A stretch of DNA of 64,000 nucleotides, taken from assembly GCA_051294375.1 (NCBI GenBank), contig CM119264.1:12978813-13042812 (forward strand), written 5' to 3'. The notes under the pieces were generated by a model. The model was not told where the DNA came from and made no database searches. It was given only the letters and a program-made list of their open reading frames with translations. This stretch comes from Paraspadella gotoi (Eukaryota > Animalia > Chaetognatha). A program made the position numbers and the translations under genes. Each line of letters begins with the position of its first letter. Positions within the stretch are counted from its first letter, which is position 1. Shown piece by piece: positions 33,905-46,600 of this stretch.

Positions 33905-34662
33905 ACCCACTCGCAGATGCCATTGCCGTTCTGAGACCGCCTCGCTGTTTTCACAACCCCTTTTTTTTTAATCCGCAGGAAAAATCCTTCTTGAATGAAC
34001 CCACATGTCGGACAGATCCCGATGTTATGACTTTATGCAAATGTTGTTTTTGCTTCCAATACCATCAGAAACTCGGTGTCTGGTTCCACTCATAGGATGA
34101 AATTTTGATATTTTACTGTCAGAACAATAATTTGTACAGCGTAATATTTGATTCGTTGGATAAAATGCAATATAATGTTTTTTAGAATAAATTACCACAA
34201 GAAGTGAAAAAAGGAAAACCAGCTTTGTGATGTGACGTGATATAAATGATAAATGATTCGGTTTTTATTTCAGAACAAAAAAAAAAAAAAAGAATGCCCA
34301 TGGTTTTTGATACCACAATTGAAAGGATAGATTGAGTAACGTGCGTGGGAGGACAAAAGCGGGAAAGAAGAAGAAACCATCTTAAAATCTCAAGATGATG
34401 TAAGGAAAAAAAGTTCTTCGAAAAATATTTTTCGCGAAAAGAATGAAAACCATTGCAAAAACGTAAATGAAATAATCATCGTTATACTCTTAGTAGAAGA
34501 TTGTGATTCTCTCTCTCAAATATTGCCGTTAAAGATTCCACTATAAGAACATCTCGTTTTATTAAAAATTCTCATTTTTGCTCTTTTTCTCGAATTCACT
34601 CCGAATCATTTAGTTAGTATAATTCGCGTCATTTAATTAGTAAATAATACTAAGGAATGATA

Positions 34663-34730
<68 letters not shown>

Positions 34731-35141
34731 ATATCTCTCTAATTTTTCTGAGAGTTCGATCGCGTTGCCCGATTTCATGCGACTGAAAGTCAGAGAAGAT
34801 AACAAAATTAACAATACGCTGCCGACGACGACGACGAAAACAACGACGACAGAGAAAAGAAAAAGGAAGCATTTGCGTCACAATCTTCTCCGAGAATCGC
34901 GAGGGATTCACGGCGTTATCTGTGATTGCATCGCCTTCCTCCCTTTGTGATTCTTATTCATTTTTCGCGCGGATTGTTCACTCCGCTTTGGATTACAGGT
35001 CATTGAGATTCATTAGAGATGAAATACATTAACTACATGAAATACGTGAAATACATTACATGAAATACATTAAAACAAACGTTATTAATCGTTTCATTAC
35101 GTGAATATCTTTTATTGTTGTTTCGTCGTCAGTTTTTCGTC

Positions 35142-35895
35142 ATGGATTCCAGCGTCGCGGAAGAAAAATCGAGGCGACCAAGCAAAGCGGGGGAGCAGGT
35201 GAAGTTTCACGACGGGGAGAGGGAAAGGAGAGAGAGGAGGTGAGTCAAAAAGTGAAGGTGAGGACAAAACTGGAGAGAGGGAGAGGTGAGAGAGGAGGTG
35301 AGTCAAAAAGTGAAGGTGAGGACAAACCTGGAGAGGTGAGAGAGTGGAGGAGAGGGGAGGTGCTACATATGATGGAGGTATTGCTACTAATGGTACAGTC
35401 GCACTGAGAGAAAGGTTAAAACGAGGGGAAACGAGAAGGCTTTGGGGAAACCACAAAACTGATTAGGCAAATTAAGGGAAGACAAAGATTCGCCCGAAAA
35501 TTTAATTTGAAGAAGTTAAGTGAGTAGAAGATGCCAATTATGCAAAGTAAAAAGATCTTTCTCTATTTACTTAAAATTTTTACATCTTTTTATAGTTTAT
35601 ACTTGATACTTCATGGCTTCAATAATATTTCATAGGGTGTTAATTAGTCTGCAAAAAATTTAAGAAATTAGATTCTAAACGCAGCAAATGAAATCCTCCA
35701 CAATATTATGAAATGCTGAACAGAAAACAATGAGCAGCATTTTGCGGAAAATATTGGTTCTCCGCTTGATTTAATTTAATTGGTTTAATTTCTCCTAATT
35801 TTAAAAAGAAAAATTTAGTTGAATCGATTTTCTTCATCTCAAAATCGATTTTTATCTCTTCTTCGGACGCCACGACCTAGAAGGAGATCGCGTGT

Positions 35896-35988
<93 letters not shown>

Positions 35989-38735
35989 GACATGCCTCTA
36001 GTCGTTTCAAATTAATACCCATCCCTCCCTCACCCACTTCCCTGCTACTCTTTTCCCACACCCGCAACAAGGTCAGCAAGAAAAATTCCTCCAACGGCAA
36101 ACTCACCCTCTACGTGGGAAACCGCACCTTTTTTGATTATGGTGGAAAAGGTCACATCATCGACGGGATCGTGGGCGTGGATGCCACTTTCCTGCAGCCC
36201 AACCAACGCGTCTTCGTTCAGATCTTGGCCGCGTTCAAGTACGGGCGCGAAGACAGGGACGTCTTGGGCATCAACTTTCAAAAGGATCTCTTTCTTTCTG
36301 TTTCTCAGGTTCTTAACTTTGCCGTGATTGTGAAACGTAATTTTGTTCTAGCGGTCGTTCATGACGTTCTGTGACATTGGGGTGTTTCAAAACTGTCTCG
36401 ATCCTCGATCCCAGATTTATCCCCCTCACGATACCGGAGAGGATCACCAACATACTCACTTACAAGATCGAATTCTTAAACGACTCAAAGGACGCGCTTA
36501 CCCGTTTTGGTTCGAGCTGCCGAGCAGGTGAGGTCGAACCTGTGATTTAATTCAAAGTCTTTACTACAATTGCTTAATATAATATTTTTTTTTTTTTAAG
36601 TTTCGCGTCTATTGAAAAAAAAGGCTCACAATCAACGCAGTTTACCATAGAACTGTGACACTAAACTAAAGTTTATATCAAATTATGATAAAGATAACAA
36701 AGATATTTGTTTTTGATGCAACAACGATTTTATTTAATAGAAACATACATGCTTGGACTCTGTTTCGAGTCTTCATCACCGCTTTTGAAGCGTTAATCAA
36801 AAAACACAACGAAACAAATGTTCGAATGATACAGATACAATTTTTACATTTACAGCAAAATGACAACAGAAAAATAATAAATAATAAATAATAATAATAA
36901 TATAATCTCATTCACCCTTCTGTGTTTGACTCTCAACCATCTCTCCCTCTCCCCCCCCTGTCTCTTTCTTTTTCGACTCCCTCTCCTGCAGCGCCCCGGC
37001 CTCGGTGACGGTGCAGCCGGCCGACGGAGACGACGTGGAGGAGGAAGAGGAGCTGCCCTGCGGCGTCGAGTACGAGTTGCGCGTCTTCGCTGCGGAGTCG
37101 GAAGGCGCCAAAGCGTTGAGGGGTGCGTCGGTGGCGATTCAGATCAGGTGGGTTTGGGGAGATTTGGTGGGGGGGACTTTTGTTTTGTGTTTAGACGGAT
37201 CTGCTTATCGCAGATTCCGACTCTATAATCCACTTTGTCGGTCCGTCGGTTCACCCCCACAATCTTTTGTGCAGATAAAATCGTGAAAGTGGAAATGAGT
37301 TTAAATGAAAAAAAAGAAGTAATATTTACTTGAATTTGTATAATTATATTTCCTCATAATTATGCTAATTATTTATTGAGTTTAAATAAAAAAACAATGG
37401 TCACGTTTATAAATTTGAATTATTTTTAATTTTTAAAGTTGCTTTCTCTCTCTCTCTCAGTAAAAATGATTGATTGGCTGATTGATCAGTTGACTGATTA
37501 TTGATTTACCGCTAAATTATCATGGGCAGATCCGAGATTGCTCAAACTTGTTTTTTTCCTGTTTTTGTTTTGGTCCGTTGAAAATAAATATTTTCAGTAA
37601 GATATCAATATCAATGATATTTAAAGAAAAAAGTTGTCAACGCCATATCCTCGCCCTTCCCAATCAACCCCCCCCAGACGTTTTGCCGCCGTCTGGCCCT
37701 TACCTCCGTTGCCGACGGAACCAATTGCTGTCAACGAGTCCTTCAATTTTTTGATGAGTGACGGGGCGCTCAAAACCACCGCCTTTTTGGACAAGGAGGT
37801 TGGTCGGTCGGTCGGTCATTTTTCCGATCGGCCCCTTTTGCATGTTGCTCATTAGGTTTCTCTGCATGATGGTCGATCGATCTGTCGGGTTTCTTTGTCG
37901 GCAGTTCTGTCTACCCTCTTGTCCATTTGTCTTACCTGTCTGTTTCTCCGTCTATCTGTCTTCCCATCCCTTTCCCCGTTTCCCCGTTTCACTCTCAAGG
38001 TCTACGTCCACGGGGAACCAATCCAAGTCTCCGTCAAACTCGACAATGAGTCGACCAAGTCCGTCCGCGGGGTCGAGATCGCCGTGGTGCAGTTGGCCGA
38101 GATCTCCCTCAACGAGACCGTCGTCTACAAGCGGAACGTGGAGACCAAATGCTCCGTCGAGGGATTCCCGCTGGAGCCCGGGGAGAAGATCGAGCAGTCC
38201 TACGAGATCAAACCCGTCGTCAAGGACATGCAAGGTTTCTTGGGCTCTCGTAATTGGATTAAGAAAGATATCGATGGATCTATCTATCTATCTATCTATC
38301 TATTTATTTATTTATTCATCCACCAATTGCCATGATATTTTTCAAAACACAACGAAGTGACAAAACCTCGACACATTCCTCAACTCCCCTATCCCGCTAC
38401 CCTTTAACCCCCCCCCCCAGGTCTGGCCATCGACGGACGCATGAAAAAGGATAAAACGAATCTGGCTTCGTCGACGATCACGACGAACGTGTTGGGAAGT
38501 AGAGAGAATATGGGCATCGTCGTATCTTACCAGGTCCTTTTGTTCAGGAGATCATTTTGACGATTGGGAGTTTCATTTTCAGAAACGCAAAATGTGATTG
38601 ATTGATAAAAGATGAGTGAGAGGGATTCGTGTTCACTTTTGATGTCTCCTCCAGGTGAAAGTGAAGATGGTGATGTCGATGGCTGCAAACGTCACCGTCG
38701 ATCTTCCCTTCGCTCTGACTCACGTCGTCGACTAA
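35142..38735 (+). CDS. Arrestin (beta/visual arrestin clade) without a C-terminal tail
   Basis: Exons encode VSKKNSSNGKLTLYVG, AAFKYGREDRDVLGINFQKDL, APASVTVQP, PCGVEYELRVF, LDKEVYVHGEPI, GLAIDG...TNLASST, RENMGIVVSYQVKVKM and VDLPFALTHVVD* (TAA at 38733-38735). The first exon 35142-35198 is inferred from splice phase. Confidence 0.9.
37190..37270 (+). mobile_element. Helentron/DINE-like (HINE) end fragment; inverted copy at about 45295-45375
   Basis: TTAGACGGATCTGCTTATCGCAGATTCCGACTCTATAATCCACTTTGTCGGTCCGTCGG: a palindrome plus a GTCC/GTCG microsatellite, repeated in reverse at 45295-45375. Confidence 0.55.
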
Positions 38736-39713
38736 GGACGAAAATGACGCAAAAGAAGTTTCGAAGATGTTAACGATTTATTGATCTCAATATAACCGAA
38801 GTAAAAAAAAAACAAAAACAAAAAAAAACAAAACAAAAAACAGACGTCAAGTTACGTCACCAAACATGCATTACGATTCCAATATTTGCATATTTTGTGC
38901 GCGTCATTGGTCTTTGTTGCTCACAATGACTCTAAAGATTACACTCTACACGTGAAATGAACAAGAAATGCTCTACTTCATGCATATTTAATTTACATTA
39001 GGGCAACCTATTATTTAATTGAATGAACTGTAAGAAAATATGAAAAAAATATGAGGCGTTTTTAGCTGTTCTTGGTTGGAGGGGAAAATACCAATCAATA
39101 TTAGAATTTATTCATCGACCCGTGAAAAAAAAAAAACGCCGGCCAATTCTAAAAATTTCGAAACAAATTCGTTTCCCCAACGGAAGACTTGGAGACTGTT
39201 TAGAACGCCGTAAGTCGATCGCGGCTGACGAATATCCGATTAAGGTGTCAGTGTTTATCACTGGGTGGCGCCGTGAGAATGATGAATTTTGACCGAAAAA
39301 AAAAGGAAAGAAAAAATGGGGGGGAAAAATAGAAAGAAAAAAAAAACGAGGTCGCTCTACTCGATTATGCGAGGACACGAGTACTGAGTCAGTCAATGAG
39401 CCAGTTAATGAGTAAGTCAATCATTAAGTCTGTCCGGTCGTCCAAGCTCTCCGCACGTCTCCATCAGAAATTCTCAGAGGAAATTAGTTCGGGAACGCCT
39501 TCCTCATCCTCTGATTTGTTTCTGTCAACAACAGGAATCTTTCTTGATCTCGATAATTGATTTTTATCACGTGGGTGGAGTCTTGGGATCGGGGAAAACC
39601 TCGAGGGGGAAAAAATGATTCATAATTCGCTTCGTAACCGAATGGAATTTTATTATTCGGTGGAGTATTAGACAAATGAACGCAGTGGGAAAGAAAAATA
39701 ACGTGTCAGTGAG

Positions 39714-39818
<105 letters not shown>

Positions 39819-41539
39819 CGCAGAGAGTGGTGCAGAATAAGACGTTGACCTTAAATGAGAGATGCTTAAAAAATTACACTTAAATAATTTTTTTTTTATT
39901 CAAAATATCGAAAACTAAAAGAAGTTGGTGCATCAATTTTTGCTGAAGCTTTTTACTTAATTTATTTAAAAGTCTGTAGAAAATTCAAAATATAAAATTT
40001 TGAATATAAATACAATTTTTAAACGATAGCTCATTTTTAGCGACTGATTTAAATGCTTCGCCATGTAATGGCAAAGATGGATCTTCGAAGAGAGCGAACA
40101 AACTTCGTTTTCGTTTTCATTAATTTTGTCGAGGATGTGACTAGCGTATAGGGTCCTAGGAATAAACAATCTTTTTAGAAATAGCTTTGTTTTGATTGAT
40201 TTGTTTGTGTTATTATATTGTATTTAGACACAAATTTTCTTTATTCGCACAGCAGTGAAAAAGCGCATTTTGAAAATAAAAATTACAATCAAAAATCGTT
40301 AAAAAACGTTAAGAATAAATGCATAATTAAATATGGAATAATATTTGTAGTATGTCACCCGGTACTTCACGTCTCTCGACTTTTTCACCGTCCATTTTTC
40401 CTTTCCTCATTTTTCGCTCATTTTTGCGACGTTAATTTACTTAGTTTTTTTTCACAAACTTTCCTCTTCTTTCCTCCATTTTCTCGGCCACACTTTTCTC
40501 GTCTCATGTTTTTTCTCCGAATTTACCTCCTTTATTTCTTTTTTTTTTGGATTTCTTTTGCATCTGCCGTTTTTAAGGAAATTGCTTCTTATTTTTTTGC
40601 TCCTGATTTTTGCAATTTTATTTCGATGACATTTACGGCCTTTGGCTTTGCTTTCGAGGTAAAATCTGGTTTTTGTTTTTTTTTGGTTTTTTTTTTCATT
40701 TTAAAATTTGTTGTCGGTGACTTGATTTCGATAAATTTATTTTATTGCATCCACATTGCCAGTCTCTCTCTCTATCTTTCTCTCATTCTCGCTGTCTTTC
40801 TCTTTCTCTCGCTCACTTTTTTCCTATCCCTCTCACGTTTTTTTCAATATCTCTTCAACTCTTATCTCTGAAACCACTTCCGGTACCAAGTGCTCCCGTC
40901 GTCGTCGTCGTCGTCATGGTCGTTTTTTCTAGGGTTTTGCATCACGGGTTCAGTGAGGCATAAATGAGGAGATGAGACATACTCATTACCCAGGGGTCTC
41001 TTTTTTTGAGTCGGCAGAGAACTGCTTGAAAAGATTAAATAATACATAAAAACTAGCTTAGACTAAGTCATTTATTTTACATACTTAATTATTACAATCC
41101 GTAAGATTGCGTCGATTAGTTTATCATGCAAAAAATATTGAATAATAATATTTTTTTAAAGAGTAATCGCTAATCGGCTTTATTGTAGAACGGGAGGGCG
41201 TTAAAATAAACAAACGACAACAATGTCAACACGACGAGTGATATTAGGATGACGATGACGACGCCGACGCCCTAAAGGCCGACGACGATATGATATATCT
41301 TCCATTCTGCCGCCAGGTCGTTTATTTCGCCAATAGCAAGCGTTTGCCGGGCAAATCTCCCAAAAAAGTTTTAGTGAACCCATTGAATTACCTCTTCGGA
41401 GCAAAATAGCTTTTCATATCTTAGTCTAATAAAAAAAAAAATAATTTTTTTTTGGTCTCAGATCGTATTTAAAATTTTACTACATCTGGGTAAGATACTT
41501 TATTAGCTTAAAAAGAAATATTAAAAGCTAAACGAAACG

Positions 41540-43075
41540 ATGACTCCGTTGGCATCGTCCCTTCGCCTACAAATCGTCCTGGTCTTCGTATCTGCCGTCG
41601 TCGCTTCATACGTCGACGCCTCCTACTCCAGACTTCCCGCGTTCGTCGGGAGGACGAACGATGACGAATTCATAGGTTTGTTCCTTTGTTCCTTTGCCCT
41701 ATTTAGTTAAATGGAGAGCCTCTCTGTTCGGGTAATTTGATTGTCTATAAGCATGTCCCCTTCAGTCGTGACCGCTTGGTCGTTGAGTATTACGACCAGG
41801 ACATGACCAATAGGTATCGGGATCGAAGCCGCACTGTAACTACCCTACGTGAGCACGGCCGTGAACGGTCTTGGTGGCCTGGAAATCCTTCCAGTTCCAG
41901 TTCCAAGTTCACAGCCGTTTCTTGGCTCACTTACCCCCCCTGTCCGTCCTTCTTTGTTTTGTAATAATGTTTGTATCCAAAGTTTTTTTGGTTTATTAAT
42001 TATTATTATATCCACCGCCTTACAGAAGAAAAACGATGCAGCGGTCCTACTTGTCAGTGGATGCCCGGAGAGATGTTTAAGGTGAGGTCTTTCAATCCTT
42101 TGTTCCACCACTAAAGTAGCGTAGTTATCAATGAACCCATTTCTCGATAAATTTAAAACAATTGTTATGTTCATAAATTTTCAGAATTTTCTGTTTTCTC
42201 TTTAATTTTATTTGTTTCACTTTCCCAAAGCGACGGGGAATCAACGACGGGAGAACGACGTCGAGAATCATGGATCAAATCAGAAGAATGCAGATGGAGT
42301 CGGCAATGAAGGCGCAAGGGATGCAACGTCGAGCTCACGGGGTAAGTCGAGTTAAGTTGTATGTTATGGCAACGGGGGGACATGTGTGATGCCTGGGGTG
42401 TGAGGCATCTCCCGACAGCTGGAGCTTTGCACCTGCAGTGACCACCCCATGTCACTGGCGTGTTTATGTCGACACCATCACTCTTTAACCAGAGTGACCG
42501 TGAGGGGATTGAACCCGGAACTCACGGTTGGTGAACGAGTACTGAGCTGTCCAGTGTCCAAGCCAATGTGCCCTTAATTTCATGGAAGGTTTGATTAGCA
42601 ATATAATTTTCACGGGACAATTATTTAATTTAAAAATGTTAATGATCGACTCCCCCTTGGTCAGCTGCTGGACAATCTCCTCCGCCCTCCGCCTCATTTC
42701 AGCCTAAGATTCGCCGAGGATCTCCTCGACGCCATCCGCTCTTCCAGCCGCCGCCGCCGCAGCGCAGGTCTGTTTTTAGAGATGCAGATGGCAGATTGAG
42801 CGATGAACATCTGTTGAAACTCTAATACCGATCAGTAAAAATTTCATATCCCGTAAATTATTTTTCATATTTCAGAAGAAGCAGAGACGGAAGCCGATGT
42901 CAATGACGTCGTCGTTGGACCGACGGATTTGAATTCTCGCGCCGTCGCCGGTTTAGAAATGACGCCGCCGATCGTTGCAGAGTTGCTGCATCGCCGACGA
43001 ATTCATGGCCAACAGGAGAGAGTGCAGCAACATATGCAGCAGAGATTCCAGCCGCAGATTCCTGGTGAAATGTAG
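41540..43075 (+). CDS. Secreted prohormone/neuropeptide-like precursor, 201 aa; exons 41540-41675, 42026-42081, 42231-42341, 42665-42767, 42876-43075
   Basis: All five exons join in frame at GT-AG sites: MTPLASSLRLQIVLVFVSAVVASYVDA/SYSRLPAFVGR...EEKR-CSGPTCQWMPGEMF-KRR...RRRRSA...QPQIPGEM*. Confidence 0.8.
42362..42573 (-). mobile_element. tRNA-derived SINE-like element
   Basis: Minus strand starts GGGCACATTGGCTTGG (A-box-like) and contains GGGTTCAATCCC (B box). Its 3' half shares the CCAGTGAC..GTCACTG and GAGATGCC..GGCATCACA hairpins with the 240-bp repeat family. Confidence 0.7.
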
Positions 43076-43639
43076 AGACATTTGGAGACGGTGAAAATAA
43101 ATGCGGAGCGGATTTTTTTTTTTTTTTCCAATTTCCATTTAAATTTAATTTAATTTAATGCTTTGATTTCTATTTACAAGACTAATTCACTGATTAACGA
43201 TTGCGGAAATGCGATACTTTATATTTCATATACCGCGGAAAGAAGGAACATTCTACCAACTTGCAATTACATCGAATTGTCTTTTTGTACAAACGTTTAA
43301 ACTGCAATTTTTATTTCAGTCTTCCATTGATTACTCATAAAATTATCTGTGTTGTGTCAAGACTGAGAACTCTCTACTCATAACAAAATATCTATAAAAT
43401 CGTTTATTTAAAATAAAGGCATAAAACTGACGAAACAGTCTAAAAATCTTTTTTATCCGACTAAAAGCATAAAAATATCAGAAAGAACCATGTTTAAACT
43501 CAAGTCAGAATAAAAAAATGGAGGATCGAGAGATTTCGTTTTTATTCGACTCATGAAAAGCATCAATACCGAATTTTAAAAAACCTTTTTTTATTTTCTT
43601 AGAGTTTTGTTTAGCACTAATAAAAGAATAGCACGGAAG

Positions 43640-46600
43640 ATGAATCAGGTACAAGTGATTTACATTATTATTCATCAATGTTGGCTATACAGGCGGGGAA
43701 ATCCAGCCTTATTTTAACAAACTTTGATCAACTTTTTAAAAGTTAAAAAGGCTCAAGAAAAATGGTTTAATTTACTTTTTTTATCTTTCCCATTAAATTC
43801 TAGGAGAAGATAGAAATTGCTCAAGTTAAAATTGTGAAACCGAGACGAAGTCAATCGGAAAGCGACAGAACAAGTGTGGGATCTGTGAGTTGTGGGCAAA
43901 AAATGAAATAATTACAAAAGAAACAAGTCTTTTGTTTTTGTTTTTTGTTTTTTAGATAATATCGGATACTGAAAAGAAAAAGGATTTCGCTACGAATTAT
44001 CTAATTCAAAGTCCCGATGAAGTAAGTCAGTTTATAATAGATAATAAGATAAAAACATAATAACATAACATATATACATGAAATACATTTTATGTAATTG
44101 AAACATTCTTATAAATATAATACATCTTCATTGATAGGGAAGCCTTTTGTCTCTTGATTGAAAGCTTGAAGGATCCTTCTATGTCATAATCTTGTAAAAT
44201 TGATGGAAGCTTTTAACCACCATATCCTGTCCTAAGTCAGGGGCAAAATAGCTAATTTATGAAATGAATAATTTTATATTGTACCGTTCCATAACATAAC
44301 ATTATAACAACATAATAGCGAGAAAATACAACCGCAGTACCCTGCAAGCATTCAATGAAAACTTTCACCCAGTCTAGTTTATTAAATTCCAGAGCAAATT
44401 GCTTCCCTTTCTGTAAGGACATAAGAAAAAAAATGTGAACTTGATTTTGGAGATTTAAAAACAAATAAGAGAAAAAAATGATTAATTTCGCAATATTTTA
44501 TTCTAAGTGGAGCAATAAAGAAAACGAAGATGAAAGCGAGGAAGCTTTTGAAAATGAGGTCAACTGATAAAATATTTTTATACTTACAAGGTAACACACC
44601 GCAACCCGCCGCTAAAAAAAAATCGTCATTGTAAACCTTTGAAGATTTATTTAATCTGAAATATTTTTTTTGTAGTAACAAGTTTGAGCAAACAATGTCG
44701 GATCTGCCCACGATCATTATCGGTATCAGTCAATCAATCAAAACAAACACTTCGGATCACAGTAATTAATTGCCTAATTAATTAATAATTAATATATTCA
44801 AATTAATTATTTAAATAATTAAACAATTTTATCCAAAATGTTTGTTTTCATTGATTTGTTGATTAATTAACTGATTAATTAATTATTTGATTAATTAATA
44901 TATCTTGCATTTACATTTAAAATAATAAGCATAATCAATTAGTGAAACAGGTTCTTTGTTTTTTCTATTTAAACTTATTTCCACTCAAATGATTCCATCG
45001 AAACTTGATTTCCAGTTTAATCACACTTTTCTACCCAAATAAAAAATTTCAATTCATTAATCATGAGTAATTGGTGTTCAATTCGATTCCATCGAAACTT
45101 CATATCCAGCTCAATCACACACTTCCCTACCCACACACAAAATTTCATTCCAATCCATCCATCCAATCACGAGAAATTGGTATTTTTTGCTAATGTGAGA
45201 CAGACGAACGGACGGACAGAAACGGACAAACATTTTTTTTTTTGCATAATTTATTATAATTTGATGTTCTGACATGATATAAGTGAATGCCCGACAAGAT
45301 TGAGGGGGCGAACCGACAGACCGACAAAGTGAATTATAGAGTCGGAATCTGCTGATAAGCAGATCTGACTTAAAACCAAAATTATTTATATATCCAAATT
45401 TTATATTGATTGGTTTTTGATTCGACTTGGCTATAAGTGGAGAAAAGTTGCATTTTGTTGTTTTTTTTTTCATTAATTTTTTTTAATGAAATTAGAATGT
45501 ATAAATGATTTTGGTTATTACTACAAAAAAACTTTCAGATTAAAAAAAATATTTAAAGGTTTGTAAATAACGACTTTTTTCTAGCGGCGGGTTGCGGTGT
45601 GTCACCTTGTATAATGAAGATAAGGAAGTCACACACCAATACAATTGCTATTTCCACCCAGGAATTTCGGCCATCCGTATCGTATTCCGTTTCTGTGAAA
45701 CCGGATGAGGAAAAGATATCTAAATCTCATTCTCAAGATTCTGTGAGTTTTATTTTCTGTCCAAGGATAACAAAATGAATGCCTTTATTTTGAAACCATT
45801 TTCCCGTCAGATCTCTATTCTCAATGACGATGTTCGGAAAAGATGGCGCTCCGAAGATTTGGGGAAAAATAACGAGCCATCAGCTGAAAATGCGCTTAGA
45901 CGGCCCACGTGAGAATTGGGAAAATAGAAAAAAAAAAAACAAAGAATCATAATGGAAAAAAAAAGAAAAAAAAGAAAAAAAAGAAAAAAAGAAAAAAAAG
46001 GAAAAAAAAAGAAGGGGGGAAAAGGGAAAAGAAGGGTAAGAGAAGAGAAGAGAAAAGAAAAAATTAAAAATAAATAAGTAATTCAAAGGAATTAAAAGTA
46101 ATATTGATTTTCCCAGAGAGTACCATAACTTCTCCCTCAATACCATCAAACAATCCCTCTCCGATCTCCGCTTGGCGGCGTCGGGTATTTACGACCGAAT
46201 CTGGCACTACCATGACGAGTTGCCTGCTTGGCGCCGAGACAACAGCTTCATCGTGGCGAGACACCGACCATGCACCTACTCCATCGTCGAGTGCTTCAAA
46301 AGCGTATTCAGGTAAGTTTATTATCAATTAGTCGTGATTTGAGATTTTGAAATTACTTTTATGTGACTTTAGCTGGCACAACGAAACCATGAACATTTGG
46401 ACTCACCTATTGGGGTTCCTTGGAGTCGTCGCTTACATCATCCACCGAAACTTGAGCGAAAGCGATAAAATCTACGTTTCCCAGTATGTTTTTCTTCTCT
46501 ATTTTTGACTAACGTTTAGCCGAAACATGTCCGTTTTTTATTAAAAATAAAATCGTTGTTGAAAATTCATTTCAAACTTTTCTAATTATTACACAACGAA

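Noticed and set aside
40862-41047. Small minus-strand ORF with poly-Asp; region also checked for a missing arrestin tail exon
   Set aside because: Wrong strand for arrestin, no LIEF/FEDFAR motif, and driven by a (GTC)n repeat.
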